Positions 40,820-51,190 of a DNA stretch of 64,000 bases are shown piece by piece. The DNA lies in NCBI GenBank assembly GCA_945898055.1, contig CAMDGV010000011.1, positions 668-64,667 on the forward strand. Reading direction: 5' to 3'. Position 1 is the stretch's first letter, and each line of letters begins with the position of its first letter. The notes under the pieces are model-generated. The model was not told the DNA's origin, searched no databases, and worked only from the letters and a program-made list of their open reading frames with translations. Both the position numbers and the translations under genes were made by a program. The DNA comes from Akkermansia muciniphila. Lineage in GTDB: Bacteria > Verrucomicrobiota > Verrucomicrobiia > Limisphaerales > UBA9464.

Positions 40820-43800
40820 TTAGAAGCCAGGCAAGGAATTCAGATTTGGATCGGCCTTGGCTTGTTTGCGAAGATCGAGGGCTTTGGGATCCTTAGCCAA
40901 TCGAGCATCGCTGAGCGCCATCGCTTTTTTAAGAGTGGTGATGGCTATTTCCGGATGACCTCCAATGATCTGGAAAGAAGCGAGATCAAACCAAGTCTCT
41001 GGTTGGGATGGTTCGACCGTTGAGTAACGCTCCAAAGCGGATTCCGCTTTGTCGAGACGACCTATTTGTCGATACGCCTCGACCAGAGATCGCAGGTATT
41101 CGGGTCGAGTTGTGGTATTGGTCAGCAGCACTTCCAGGGCCGCGGTGGCTTCATTGCTTTGGCCGGCAGAGAAATAAGTCGAGGCAAGTGCGAAGACTGA
41201 TTTGGCGTCGGCATTGGGGCCCGATGCTTTCTTTTTCAGGGCGGCAGTGGCACTGGGTGACGAGGACTGTTGATAGGATTTGAGTTGGTTCACCAAGCTC
41301 TGAATTCCTTGGTTATCGGCGTCAAAAATTTCGCAAGTGCTCGCTACTAGGACGGCATCATCATAACGCCCGAGAGTGGCGAGGAGTTGAGCGTAGTTGA
41401 AGACTGTTTCAGGGCTATAAGGGCAGAAAGCAAAGGCCTGTTTCAGAGCGAATTCGGCTTCACGAATCATGCGTTGTTGGACGATCGGGTTAGTGGTGGT
41501 ATTGATCCGCCAAGTGTAGACGGATTTACCGATCGCATTGCGAAGTTTGGAGAAGGCCTTCTGGGAATTATCATCACGGACAAAGGTAGGATCGCCTTGA
41601 AATCCGGTCAGATCCCGTTGCTGATAGGTCTTGAGCGCCCATTTGCAGATGTCGGCGATGGGGGTCTCGTAGGTGATCCAATTGCCGATGAACCGTTCCG
41701 AGTATTGACTCCAGTAGTCGTGATCGCGTTGGACCATTTCCTCAGTGATTTCGGGCACGGGATTCCGTTCAATTTTGAGGATGATGCCGTAGGGCACTAG
41801 GTGGGGATACATCCAATCGAGCGGAAAGGATTCTTCGATGTAGAATTCATGAGTGGGGTTCTTATCGAAGATGACCTTAGTGAGGAGTCCGTTGATCTGC
41901 ATGACTGCGACTTGTCCAGAGACTGAGACCCGACCATCGGACATGACGTTGACTTGTTCGCCCGGTTTGAGGTTGTTGGGGTAGCGTTTGGAGGCGTCTT
42001 GGACGTACTCAGTAAAACTACGGGAGGCGTCATCTGGACTGGCTGAGAGAATTTCTAGGTCCGGATAAAGGCCTCCAAGAGATTGGCTAAAGAGGCCGGG
42101 GTACGATTCCTCGAGGAGGAGTCGATTAAGCCGGACACGATTTGGCGATAAATTCTGAAGAGCAAAAGATCGCACATGATTACTGAGCTTTATTTGGGCA
42201 AAACGTTGAGGATCTTCGGCGAGGGACGGGCCTCGAAGCAGTTGATTAAGAGCGGTCGCCATCGTCTCCGGGGTGGTAGCGGACCCGGTCTGTGATTTTA
42301 GAAAAACAGAAAGAGGATCTGTTGCGGTTGCCAGACGAGATTGAAAGGCTTTGAAATCCTTAAAATGGTCCGCTTTAAAGAGCGATTCACCGGTCCGCCG
42401 TTTTTCTTCGATAGCAGTTCCAAGGCCTTGGATAGCGCGGTCGAGCGGACTGAAAAGTGAAGCCACAAAATTAGTCCGCCCTCGAGATTCCGCCTTCCGA
42501 TCGTTCAGCATTCCATGGAAGAAAGGCTTATCATATTGGTATTGTTCTGATCGATTGTAGTGAGCGCGGATGTAGTCGAGATAGGTATTATCTGCGAGCG
42601 CATTTTGGGTGATAATATAGACATCACGACGGTCGAATCCTGGGTCGAGTCGATCCTTGGGAGGCGTAAAGGATTCAGCGAAAATCATATAAGTCGGGCA
42701 AAAACGTCCAGGATCCGTACCGCCATAAAGGACTGCATGAGCTGCCATCGGCGGGTAGAGAGGTTTTCCCGCTTTGTCTTTGGGGGCCTTACCATGGCCG
42801 GCATCACGACCCGGTTCGAACATATCGTGACCGAACCAATATCCGAACAAATGACCGCGTTGTTCATTATCGCCCCAGTGAGAGAGAATGGAATCAAATG
42901 GAATGAGGACAAAGAGAGCGAGAATGGGGGCAAGGGAGATGGATCGTCGGTGGATGATGATCCAGAGAGTGAAGGCGACCGACAAGATGAGGCTAAGCAA
43001 ACCGGCCACCCTCAGGATGGTAAACATCGTTTCGTTATAAATGCTGATGACCTCATAAAGATTGAAGGCGCAAGCAATCGTACCGCCGAGGAGTAAAAAC
43101 CGGCGGAAATCTCCATTCTGATATTGAGTTACTAAGATCGCACTGATGAGGGCGAGTCCATAACCCACGGCGAGGGCCACGATGGTATGAGATGAGGTGA
43201 AGAAGACTTTGACCAATTCTTTGGCAGAGCGATCGACACCCGGATTGAGGAGGATCAGTAGAAGGACAGCGAGGCAAAGATAAATAGCGGATAATCCAAC
43301 CAACCAAGCACGTTCACGCTGCCGCATTTTCTGAATGAAAGCGAAGGGAACAAGACCAATGAGAAGATTTGCCCAGTTAAACTCTTCACGAGCGCCCTGC
43401 GCGTACATCCAGAGTTGTTTGAAAAGAAGGGTTGGATCGGTGCTAGGATTTGTTTTTTCGTATTGTCCCCGAGTGAAGGCATGAATGAAGCCTTCCCATG
43501 TCCGAGGGTAACCCCAGTTCATCGGAGGGTTAGAGGCACCTGCCACCGGCATATAAAGGTAAAAAGCGGCGCCAACTGTGAAGGCGAGTCCAGCAATTAA
43601 AACGACATGAAGTTGGTTACCGAGAGCTCGGGTCTGGGTGGCTAGAACGGCGGTAACGAGTGCCGAACTCAGGCCTACAAGATTAAAGATAACAAACAGA
43701 GGCGCATTTTCTTGGAAAGTTTTGATGACCCCCATGGCGTGGAGAATCAAAAGGAAGCCCCAGATTATAGTGTTACCCAAAAAGAAGTCCCGCCCGAGTC

Positions 43801-44518
43801 GTTTGTCAGCTGCGGCGATGGCGACTTCGAGACCCATGGCAGCCACAATGAGGGTCTGATGATTACAGAGGCAAAGGCCGAAGAGAAAGAAAGCCCAGTG
43901 AAGGAAGCGCCGTTTTTCGGGTGCGTACATCCACTTTAAGAGCAGACAAAAAAGAGCAACAAGATTGAGAACTGCCAGCGTGTAAACTTCGACAATGACA
44001 CCTTGGCTCCAGATAAAGCCGTTGAAGCCAAGAAGGCAACCGCCCACCCAAGCTGAAACTAAAGAGATGGCGGCTTCGGTCCGACGTTCGATGCCTTTGA
44101 AGAGGTCAATTCCCTCAAGGATTAGGCTTGAACCACGAGAGATAAGCAGAGCGGTAAGTCCGGCCGAGAGTGCAGCGGCGACGGCCGACGAGACGGCAAC
44201 CCGCCAAGCGATATTGGAAAAGGGAAGCAATTGGGTGAAGAGCCAAGAATAAACAGTCCAGACGGGGTATCCGGGCGGATGCGGAATTCCGGCGTACATT
44301 GAACCGACGGCTAGTTCACCTGAATCTTCCAGAGTGAGGTTGGGTGCAACGGTGTAGAGATAACCGGCCAGAACGAACACGGTAACCAAGAGAAAACTGA
44401 ACCAGTCCGTTGGGCGGAAGAGTCGTTGGGCTTCAATGACGAGTCCTTTTGAAGAGGCCGGTTTGGAGACGGAATCAGGGTGTTTACCGAGGGAAGGTCG
44501 GGTCGTTGAGTTTTCCAT
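40820..44518 (-). CDS. DUF2723 (TMEM260-like, GT-C fold) membrane protein with C-terminal TPR domain
   Basis: LYTVAPNLTLEDSGELAVGSMYAGIPHPPGYPVW family signature, many TM helices, and a C-terminal TPR region. 1232 aa. Confidence 0.85.
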   Translation of the reverse strand: MENSTTRPSLGKHPDSVSKPASSKGLVIEAQRLFRPTDWFSFLLVTVFVLAGYLYTVAPNLTLEDSGELAVGSMYAGIPHPPGYPVWTVYSWLFTQLLPFSNIAWRVAVSSAVAAALSAGLTALLISRGSSLILEGIDLFKGIERRTEAAISLVSAWVGGCLLGFNGFIWSQGVIVEVYTLAVLNLVALFCLLLKWMYAPEKRRFLHWAFFLFGLCLCNHQTLIVAAMGLEVAIAAADKRLGRDFFLGNTIIWGFLLILHAMGVIKTFQENAPLFVIFNLVGLSSALVTAVLATQTRALGNQLHVVLIAGLAFTVGAAFYLYMPVAGASNPPMNWGYPRTWEGFIHAFTRGQYEKTNPSTDPTLLFKQLWMYAQGAREEFNWANLLIGLVPFAFIQKMRQRERAWLVGLSAIYLCLAVLLLILLNPGVDRSAKELVKVFFTSSHTIVALAVGYGLALISAILVTQYQNGDFRRFLLLGGTIACAFNLYEVISIYNETMFTILRVAGLLSLILSVAFTLWIIIHRRSISLAPILALFVLIPFDSILSHWGDNEQRGHLFGYWFGHDMFEPGRDAGHGKAPKDKAGKPLYPPMAAHAVLYGGTDPGRFCPTYMIFAESFTPPKDRLDPGFDRRDVYIITQNALADNTYLDYIRAHYNRSEQYQYDKPFFHGMLNDRKAESRGRTNFVASLFSPLDRAIQGLGTAIEEKRRTGESLFKADHFKDFKAFQSRLATATDPLSVFLKSQTGSATTPETMATALNQLLRGPSLAEDPQRFAQIKLSNHVRSFALQNLSPNRVRLNRLLLEESYPGLFSQSLGGLYPDLEILSASPDDASRSFTEYVQDASKRYPNNLKPGEQVNVMSDGRVSVSGQVAVMQINGLLTKVIFDKNPTHEFYIEESFPLDWMYPHLVPYGIILKIERNPVPEITEEMVQRDHDYWSQYSERFIGNWITYETPIADICKWALKTYQQRDLTGFQGDPTFVRDDNSQKAFSKLRNAIGKSVYTWRINTTTNPIVQQRMIREAEFALKQAFAFCPYSPETVFNYAQLLATLGRYDDAVLVASTCEIFDADNQGIQSLVNQLKSYQQSSSPSATAALKKKASGPNADAKSVFALASTYFSAGQSNEATAALEVLLTNTTTRPEYLRSLVEAYRQIGRLDKAESALERYSTVEPSQPETWFDLASFQIIGGHPEIAITTLKKAMALSDARLAKDPKALDLRKQAKADPNLNSLPGF

Positions 44519-44584
44519 TGGGTGAATTGGGTGAAGTGAGCGGAGGTTAAAAGAGAAAAGAAGTAAAGGAGATGCAGCTACGGA

Positions 44585-44929
44585 TCAGTCGATAAAAAGA
44601 TCATTGGTGGCTGTCCCTGTTAGTCCGGAGTGGGGTGCAAAGCGGGTGGCGCTGACTTGGTTCATCAGGCTATGATTCCTGTCGGATTTGATGGCCGCAA
44701 AAAGAAATAAATTTGTTGGGACGGCCCGACTTAAGTCTGGAGGAGTCAAGGTCGTTGGCAATAGTGCAGCTGCAAGAAGACACGCGGCACTCAGACCCGG
44801 GGTAAACCAACCTAGGCTGGCGGACTGTCCATCGGTCTCTTGCTGTTTATTGAACAATCTCTGCCTCAGAGCGGGGGAAGGTTGGCGAAGCGACCAGTGG
44901 GATAATGGATTTACAGTCGTCGGTCTCAT
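44585..44929 (-). CDS. Possible anti-sigma factor (single TM)
   Basis: It lies immediately downstream of the ECF sigma gene and overlaps it. It has one hydrophobic segment (LSAACLLAAALLP). The call rests on position only and the start is uncertain. Confidence 0.35.
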   Translation of the reverse strand: MRPTTVNPLSHWSLRQPSPALRQRLFNKQQETDGQSASLGWFTPGLSAACLLAAALLPTTLTPPDLSRAVPTNLFLFAAIKSDRNHSLMNQVSATRFAPHSGLTGTATNDLFID

Positions 44930-45413
44930 AAGTGGAGTCGTGGAGTACGTTCTTTAGTTTCTGCAAGCCGTAGCGATAACGGCCAGCCGCAGTGTGAGGC
45001 GAAATAGAGAGAAGTGCCGCGATTTCCTGAAAGGTTAGATCATTCCAAAATTTAAGAACAATCACTTCGCGCTGATCGTTCGGTAACTGTTGTAGACAGT
45101 CCATGGCTCGTCCTTCCCGAGGATCATCAGGAGAGGTTCTTTCAAACCAAGAGATCGCTTCAAATTCCCGAGTAATGCGGCGCCAGAGGGAGATTTTTTG
45201 TTTAAGAGCTCTATTTCGAAAAGCAGTAACCAGATAGTTTTGAGGGCGATCGGGTGCCGTAGGCCGAATTACCAACGACCGGAATACTTCATGCAGGACA
45301 TCCTCAGATTCGGCATGAGACAGGCCGAGAGCCCGACCGTAGACAAGCAAGGCAGCAGCCTGCGCGTCGTAGAGCGCCTCACACCAATGAGGTAGATCGT
45401 CGATTTCGTTCAC
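44847..45413 (-). CDS. ECF-type sigma-70 family RNA polymerase sigma factor
   Basis: Region 2 (DVLHEVF...YLVTAFRN) and region 4 (LPNDQREVIVLKFWNDLTFQEIAALLSISPHTAAGRYRYGLQKLK). Confidence 0.88.
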   Translation of the reverse strand: MNEIDDLPHWCEALYDAQAAALLVYGRALGLSHAESEDVLHEVFRSLVIRPTAPDRPQNYLVTAFRNRALKQKISLWRRITREFEAISWFERTSPDDPREGRAMDCLQQLPNDQREVIVLKFWNDLTFQEIAALLSISPHTAAGRYRYGLQKLKNVLHDSTYETDDCKSIIPLVASPTFPRSEAEIVQ

Positions 45414-45738
45414 TGTCTATGTTGAAAGACCCGCTTGCTGCGGGATTTGTATAGTGATGGAGACATTTGATAGGAAAAAGAGAAGAATCAAACGGACTGC
45501 TGAGCTGCCTCCGAGGAGGGAACCCAGCGACCGCGGAAAGCCAATCCCGAATCCGCCCCTCGTCCCAAGCAAGTCGAGCTACACATTTCCCTGCGGGTTG
45601 AGTATTGGGCGATCAGATTGACGGACGGGGGGTGATTGGAGCGAAGCAGTAGGGGATCAATATCATCCGTATCGGGTTGTAAAAATCCCTCGATGCTCCA
45701 AATCCGATCACGGCATTTTTATCAAGAACGAGTGGATT

Positions 45739-46851
45739 TTAAAGGGCGGCGACGATGGCAGCGCCCATTTCGCGAGTGCCAACTCGGCGGGCGGAAGTAT
45801 CCGAAGGGGAGTGAATATCGCCGGTACGAAGTCCAGCATCAATGACTTTGCCCACTGCTTTATCGATAGCATCGGCGGCCGTGTTCAGGCCGAAGCTATA
45901 GCGCAGCATCAGTGCAACCGAGAGGATTTGGGCGATTGGGTTAGCAAGGTCTTTGCCAGCGATGTCCGGGGCGGTACCACCCGCGGGCTCAAAGAAACCA
46001 AAAGTTTGATTGGCAGTCGTCGCGCCGAGACTGGCGCTGGGGAGCATACCCAAGGACCCAGCGAGGGCTGCCGCTTCGTCACTTAGAATATCTCCAAACA
46101 TATTCTCACAGAGAAGTACGTCGAACTGGGTGGGCCGCAACATGAGTTGCATTGCTGCGTTATCGACAAACATATGATCCAGCGCGATATCGGTATAGCC
46201 CTGGCCGACCCGACTGACGACTTCACGCCAGAGAATGCCGTTTTCGAGGACATTCGCTTTATCAATGCTGGTCAGTTTCTTGCGTCGCAGTTGCGCCGCC
46301 TTAAATCCGACGTGGGCAATGCGTTCGATTTCGCTGGTGGTGTACACCATCGTATCAGTGGCGCGCTGCTGCCCGTTCCCGAGGTCTTCGGTTTTCTTAG
46401 GTTGCCCGAAGTACATGCCGCCAGTGAGTTCGCGAACGACGAGGATATCGATCCCGTCGCCTTGACGTTCGGGTCGGAGAGGGCAGGCATGGGCCAAAGC
46501 CTTAGGGAGTTGAACAGGCCGAAGATTCGCGAAGAGACCAAATTCCTTGCGAATGCGAAGAAGTGCGGCGCGTTCAGGTCGTTGATCCTTGGGAATCGTC
46601 GGATCGCGGTCGGGCAATCCAACCGAGCCAAACAGAATGGAATCGGACCTTCGGCACAGCTCCAGGGTGTCGTCGGGTAACGCCTTTCCGGCGGCATCAA
46701 TACCGGCCCAACCCACTGGTGCTTCAGTGATATTAAAGACGATGTGGAATTTTTGCCCGACAGCGCGTAGGACGGTGAGAGCTTCACGCATTACTTCGGG
46801 TCCGATGCCGTCACCCGCGAGTGCGGCAATCTGATAGGTCTTGGAACTCAT
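45739..46851 (-). CDS. leuB: 3-isopropylmalate dehydrogenase
   Basis: IAALAGDGIGPEVM, NLRP, VRELTGGMYFG and MFGDILSDEAA motifs. The ATG at 46849-46851 is preferred over the ORF-track start. Confidence 0.93.
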   Translation of the reverse strand: MSSKTYQIAALAGDGIGPEVMREALTVLRAVGQKFHIVFNITEAPVGWAGIDAAGKALPDDTLELCRRSDSILFGSVGLPDRDPTIPKDQRPERAALLRIRKEFGLFANLRPVQLPKALAHACPLRPERQGDGIDILVVRELTGGMYFGQPKKTEDLGNGQQRATDTMVYTTSEIERIAHVGFKAAQLRRKKLTSIDKANVLENGILWREVVSRVGQGYTDIALDHMFVDNAAMQLMLRPTQFDVLLCENMFGDILSDEAAALAGSLGMLPSASLGATTANQTFGFFEPAGGTAPDIAGKDLANPIAQILSVALMLRYSFGLNTAADAIDKAVGKVIDAGLRTGDIHSPSDTSARRVGTREMGAAIVAAL

Positions 46852-46935
46852 GTGCGGACAGGAGTGTGCGAGGCCTTCGACGACAGGAAAGCCGTTTCTG
46901 CAAACAAGTTGAGAGGACACCGCTTTTTCCAAGGC

Positions 46936-47886
46936 TTATTTTGTTCCCCAAGCTTTCACCAAAGCGGCAATTCGGTCGGTGTTCTTCTGTGCGCCCGCTC
47001 CGTTCAGATGCGCAACGGTGTCGGCGTAGTCGGTCAGGTTGGTGTTGACCCCGAGTCCTGCATCACTCAGCACCGGCAAGATCGATTCGACGTCGGCCAA
47101 GAATCGCCGATTAGCCTCGCGAATAATCGTGGCTTCGGAGTCGGCTCCGTAAAGCAACGGTGGAGTATAAGCGACCCGAATTCCCTTTTTTTCACACTCA
47201 CGATGAATTTCTTTGAGCCAAATTCGAGCTTCAGAGGAGAGTTTGGTTGGACCTGGGCCCGGCGAACTAACAGGGCGACGAACAGAAACTTGGTGCCATC
47301 CACCGGTTTGGATTTCCGCCGATGAATAGCGGTACCAAGGCTGTTGGAGGAGTGCCTTCCCTAGCAGCGTAAACAGGTGATAGCCGCCGGGTCGTAGGGC
47401 GAGAAGAATCTGGGACACTGGCGGCCCCTCAAACTGAAGCAACCGCTTCGGATCATCGGTGGTCATGGCGAACTGGAGACCCAGTGGTTCCCAATCCAGC
47501 GGGCCAATGAGTAGTCCTTGCTCAAAAGAAAGTAAAAGAGAGTCTCCTTGATGCGCTCGATCAATGGCGTAACGAGCGAGGAGTCGTGGCCCCATTCCAG
47601 CACCTAAACCTAAGTTAAGGGCGTCGATTCCATGACGATTACGAAGAGCCACTGGATCGAGGGAAGTCATACAACTGGAGCCAGCCACAAAGAGAATTCG
47701 CTTTGAATCTGGAAGCGTTTTTTCCCAAGCCACTTTGGATTGATGAACACGTCGAAAGAAAGTGACCTCTGGGTTGAGGTAGATCGTGTACAGTGCGCCA
47801 CTGACCCAAGTTAGGATCGCCGTTAAAATCAAGCGAACAGCGAGATTTGGGAGGCGTTTCTCAGAAGGCAAAGTAGATGAATCCAT
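46936..47886 (-). CDS. Membrane-anchored SGNH/DltD/AlgJ-like partner of the MBOAT acyltransferase
   Basis: N-terminal TM, a FVAGSSC (GxS-type) segment, and a C-terminal YADTVAHLN (DxxH-type) segment. Its start overlaps the MBOAT gene end by 26 nt. Confidence 0.5.
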   Translation of the reverse strand: MDSSTLPSEKRLPNLAVRLILTAILTWVSGALYTIYLNPEVTFFRRVHQSKVAWEKTLPDSKRILFVAGSSCMTSLDPVALRNRHGIDALNLGLGAGMGPRLLARYAIDRAHQGDSLLLSFEQGLLIGPLDWEPLGLQFAMTTDDPKRLLQFEGPPVSQILLALRPGGYHLFTLLGKALLQQPWYRYSSAEIQTGGWHQVSVRRPVSSPGPGPTKLSSEARIWLKEIHRECEKKGIRVAYTPPLLYGADSEATIIREANRRFLADVESILPVLSDAGLGVNTNLTDYADTVAHLNGAGAQKNTDRIAALVKAWGTK

Positions 47887-49261
47887 TGTTCTTTCCGGGT
47901 GCGAGCAAGAGGGTGAGGATGACCAGAAGGGTCAGAGTCCGAGGTGTGGTTAGGCAGGCGTAGGGTTGGTTGTATTTTTTCAAGGACCAAGCTTCAGCTG
48001 CGAGAGTTGCCGCTGACATCCCTAAAATCCCAATTAAAGCGACAAGATCGCCGCTGCCATAGACGGTGAGAATTTCTCGGAATTGGGTTGCCCCATAAGC
48101 GGAGGGTGTAATGAGGGTATGCAGTTTAAGAGAGAGAGTCGCTGTATCGGTTTCGTAAAAGAGGAGCCAAGAAAAGAGCACGGCAGTCAGGGTGCCGAGC
48201 CAACCCAAGGGGGCGGGGATTGGGATTGAGCGCGTCAAGCGTTGGCCGATGAGGAGTGCTGCATGGAGACATCCCCAGAGCAGAAAATTCCAACCCGCAC
48301 CGTGCCAAAGTCCCGAGACAAGAAAAACAAGTGCGACATTGAGAGCCCAAAGGCGGGTTCGGCTTCCGCCAAGCGGCAGATAAAGATAGTCGCGGAACCA
48401 ATGACTCAGAGTGACATGCCAACGTCGCCAGAATTCGGCAGGACTCGTGGAGCAATAAGGACTGAGAAAATTCATGCTTAAACGAATTCCCAGACATCGA
48501 GCGATACCGATAGCAATGAGGCTATAGCCGGCAAAGTCATAATAAATACGCAGTCCAAAGAGGATATTTGCTAACCAGATCAGCCAAGCATTTGAGGTAG
48601 CAGCGCGTTGGAAGTGTTCTGCCAAGGTGTCAGCGAGGGCACATTTAAAAAAGAGACCAAGCGCCATCCACCGAAAACCAGCGTCGATATCGGATGCGGA
48701 CCACCTCAATCGGAACGATTGGATTTGTGGGAGTAAATCGTCCCGTCTTTCGATGGGGCCTGCGACAATTTGAGGGAAAAACCCAGCGAAATTGAAGAAG
48801 TCAAAAAAGCCAGGGACGGGGTTGCGCCGAATTAGAGTGTCCACCGCAAACCCGACCAACTGGAAAGTGTAAAAAGAGATTCCGGCTGGAATCAGGGTCT
48901 GGGTTGCTGATGAAACCGGCCTACCGAAGAGGTCATGGGCGATAAAGCCAGCGTACTTATACCAAACCAAAGGTATGAACTGAAGAGGCACTAGTGCGAC
49001 GAGAATCCAATAACCTTGGGAGGCTGGACGACCAGTCCCCCAGCGGACAATTCCGTAGGTAAGTCCTGCAATAACGAAATGAATGATAAAACTGATCCAA
49101 CTCACCATACCGAGCAGGATGAGTCCGAGGAGCAAGAGAAAGACCCGGTCAAATCGACCTTCACGGAGGGCGGGATGCCGCCGAAACACCAGATGGACTG
49201 CGGCGGCGAATCCGAGGCTAACCGCTAAACATTCCCAAAATCGCAAGTCAGCAAAATTCAT
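47861..49261 (-). CDS. MBOAT-family O-acyltransferase (AlgI/DltB-like)
   Basis: FYTFQLVGFAVD, RRWHVTLSHWFRDYLYLPLGGSR and SGLWHGAGWNFLLWG motifs. The protein is polytopic. Confidence 0.9.
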   Translation of the reverse strand: MNFADLRFWECLAVSLGFAAAVHLVFRRHPALREGRFDRVFLLLLGLILLGMVSWISFIIHFVIAGLTYGIVRWGTGRPASQGYWILVALVPLQFIPLVWYKYAGFIAHDLFGRPVSSATQTLIPAGISFYTFQLVGFAVDTLIRRNPVPGFFDFFNFAGFFPQIVAGPIERRDDLLPQIQSFRLRWSASDIDAGFRWMALGLFFKCALADTLAEHFQRAATSNAWLIWLANILFGLRIYYDFAGYSLIAIGIARCLGIRLSMNFLSPYCSTSPAEFWRRWHVTLSHWFRDYLYLPLGGSRTRLWALNVALVFLVSGLWHGAGWNFLLWGCLHAALLIGQRLTRSIPIPAPLGWLGTLTAVLFSWLLFYETDTATLSLKLHTLITPSAYGATQFREILTVYGSGDLVALIGILGMSAATLAAEAWSLKKYNQPYACLTTPRTLTLLVILTLLLAPGKNNGFIYFAF

Positions 49262-49645
49262 TATCCACTCGTTCTCCTATGTCCTGATTCGCTCCGAAAA
49301 GACATTAGATTCTTAACTGCGTTGGAAAACAGAATAACCGTCAAGAGAGGCCTTTGACTGGGTCGGCAATAACTTAGAATCTGAGAGGTGACTAAAGGTC
49401 AAAAGAGTTTAAATTGGAAGGTCAAACGTCCTTGGGCGGTTGAACACCTCCTTGGTCTTTCGGCTTTGGCAGATTTTCTTATTTTTGGATGCCTGTTTTG
49501 GGTAAACTCGCATGGGAGCCATGCAGGGCTATTTTAGCCCCTTGGCCGCTCCTCCCAAGGCAACCTTCTTTTGGAGTTATATCGCCTACGAAGAGTTTGC
49601 AGGACTGGGCTTGCAACCAATTCAAAATGATGGTGTTTTGAGGCG

Positions 49646-50521
49646 ATGATTCTGCGAGGTTCTGTTAAGAAATGGTGCGAAGGAGGAGGGAAAGCGGTGT
49701 TCGCTTTATTCGCCGCAGGAGTTGTTCTTGCAGCTGAAATTATACCAGAATCTGCGCAGCCAACACCGACTTTAGCGGCAGCTTCTAATCCATACCATCG
49801 GATATCGACCCGTAATCTTTTTGGAATTCGCCCCCCGCCCCCACCGACTGCCCCGCCCGAACCGACGCCGGAACCTCCCAAGGAACGTCCCGATTTCTTT
49901 TTATCCGGATTCACTCGGATTGGCGGCAAATCAAGGGCTTTCATTGCTTATCAACCGAAAGGTAAACCGATGGAATTCCCAGAGGCACTGATGGAAGGCG
50001 TTGAAGTAGATGGCATAACTTTGTTGGGTATTGATCCTTCGCTGGATTCGGTTCAGATTCAGTACAATGGAGAACCGATTACTTTAGATTTTGAGAAAAA
50101 TGGGATGAAAGGAACCGTAGGTCCCTCCGGTGGCGCACCGGGAATACCTGCTAAACCGTCCGCCGGACAGACTGTTTTGCCCCGCATGGCCGGAGTAAAT
50201 GGAGTGAATGGAGTGAATGGAGTGGCTCCAGTATCGCCCTTGGGTGGAGCCTTACCAGGGTATCCGGGTGGGGCGACGTTAATCGGCCGGGGTGGAGTTA
50301 CGCAGGGGGGCTATAATGGGTCCCCTTCACCGGGTAATTTCAGTACAGGGGCTGGGTTACCTTCGATTCAGCTTGGAGCAACACCAGGGACTTTTGGTTC
50401 CGAAGTCCAAGCGATTCAGCCAGCGCTCGGTGACTTTGGGAGCACCATACCAGTGAATCCGAGCAGAAACCAAAGACCCATTCAGCCAGCACCTTTCCCC
50501 TTTCTGCCCGGGGGTAATTGA
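49646..50521 (+). CDS. Pro/Gly-rich membrane-anchored hypothetical protein (weak PilP/GspC-like signature)
   Basis: N-terminal TM (AVFALFAAGVVLAA), RNLFGIRPPPPP followed by a small beta-rich domain (FLSGFTRIGGKSRAFI...VDGITLLGIDP...VQIQYNGE), then a low-complexity G/P tail. Confidence 0.5.
   Translation: MILRGSVKKWCEGGGKAVFALFAAGVVLAAEIIPESAQPTPTLAAASNPYHRISTRNLFGIRPPPPPTAPPEPTPEPPKERPDFFLSGFTRIGGKSRAFIAYQPKGKPMEFPEALMEGVEVDGITLLGIDPSLDSVQIQYNGEPITLDFEKNGMKGTVGPSGGAPGIPAKPSAGQTVLPRMAGVNGVNGVNGVAPVSPLGGALPGYPGGATLIGRGGVTQGGYNGSPSPGNFSTGAGLPSIQLGATPGTFGSEVQAIQPALGDFGSTIPVNPSRNQRPIQPAPFPFLPGGN
50192..50227. repeat. 9-bp in-frame tandem repeat (GGAGTRAAT x3 plus a partial unit) encoding GVNGVNGVNGV
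   Basis: Read directly: ggagtaaat ggagtgaat ggagtgaat ggagtggct. Confidence 0.85.
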
Positions 50522-50524
50522 TTT

Positions 50525-51190
50525 TTAGGGGTTCTGTCTCGACCCAGAAGAAATAACGGCGTCGAGAAAAGCGCGGATCCTCTGGGGACACTTTAAGCCT
50601 GGAGAGGATTCCACACCGGAAGAGACATCGAGAGCGTAGGGGTGCACTTGTTGGATGGCTCTCTCAACCGACTCTGGGTTAAGTCCGCCTGCAAGCACGA
50701 TGGGGTGCCCTAATTTTTTTGCCTCGAGGGCTAGGGTCCAATCAAATTGAGCTCCCGTGCCTCCATGGGCACCGGCGACGTAAGCGTCGAGCAACCAAGC
50801 GTGAGAACTAGATCGGTAAGCGGGCAATGATTCGAGAGACGCCGCCGCGCGGACTCGGAAGGCTTGGATAACTTTCCAACACCCTCCTAGTATTTTCCCT
50901 AATTCTGGCGGCTCTTCCCCGTGGAGTTGCAGGGTATCTATCCCCGTCTGGATTGCGATGTCGCGGATAACCTCCTCACTGGCATTCACGAAAAGCCCGG
51001 TTCGTGAAATGAAGGGTGGCAGCTGTCGAATGATCTCAGCAGCCGCAGCGGGTTCAATATATCGAGGAGTTCCAGGGACGAAAACAAATCCCAGCGCATC
51101 AACCCCCGCCTCCACAGCGATGAGGGCATCGGTGAGACGGGTAATGCCGCAGATCTTGACTCGGACTCGAGTGCGAGGTGATGGGATCAT
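50525..51190 (-). CDS. trpF: Phosphoribosylanthranilate isomerase
   Basis: VKICGITRLTDALIAVEAGVDALGFVF N-terminus. Length is typical. The start shares one base with the hprK stop (TAATG). Confidence 0.9.
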   Translation of the reverse strand: MIPSPRTRVRVKICGITRLTDALIAVEAGVDALGFVFVPGTPRYIEPAAAAEIIRQLPPFISRTGLFVNASEEVIRDIAIQTGIDTLQLHGEEPPELGKILGGCWKVIQAFRVRAAASLESLPAYRSSSHAWLLDAYVAGAHGGTGAQFDWTLALEAKKLGHPIVLAGGLNPESVERAIQQVHPYALDVSSGVESSPGLKCPQRIRAFLDAVISSGSRQNP

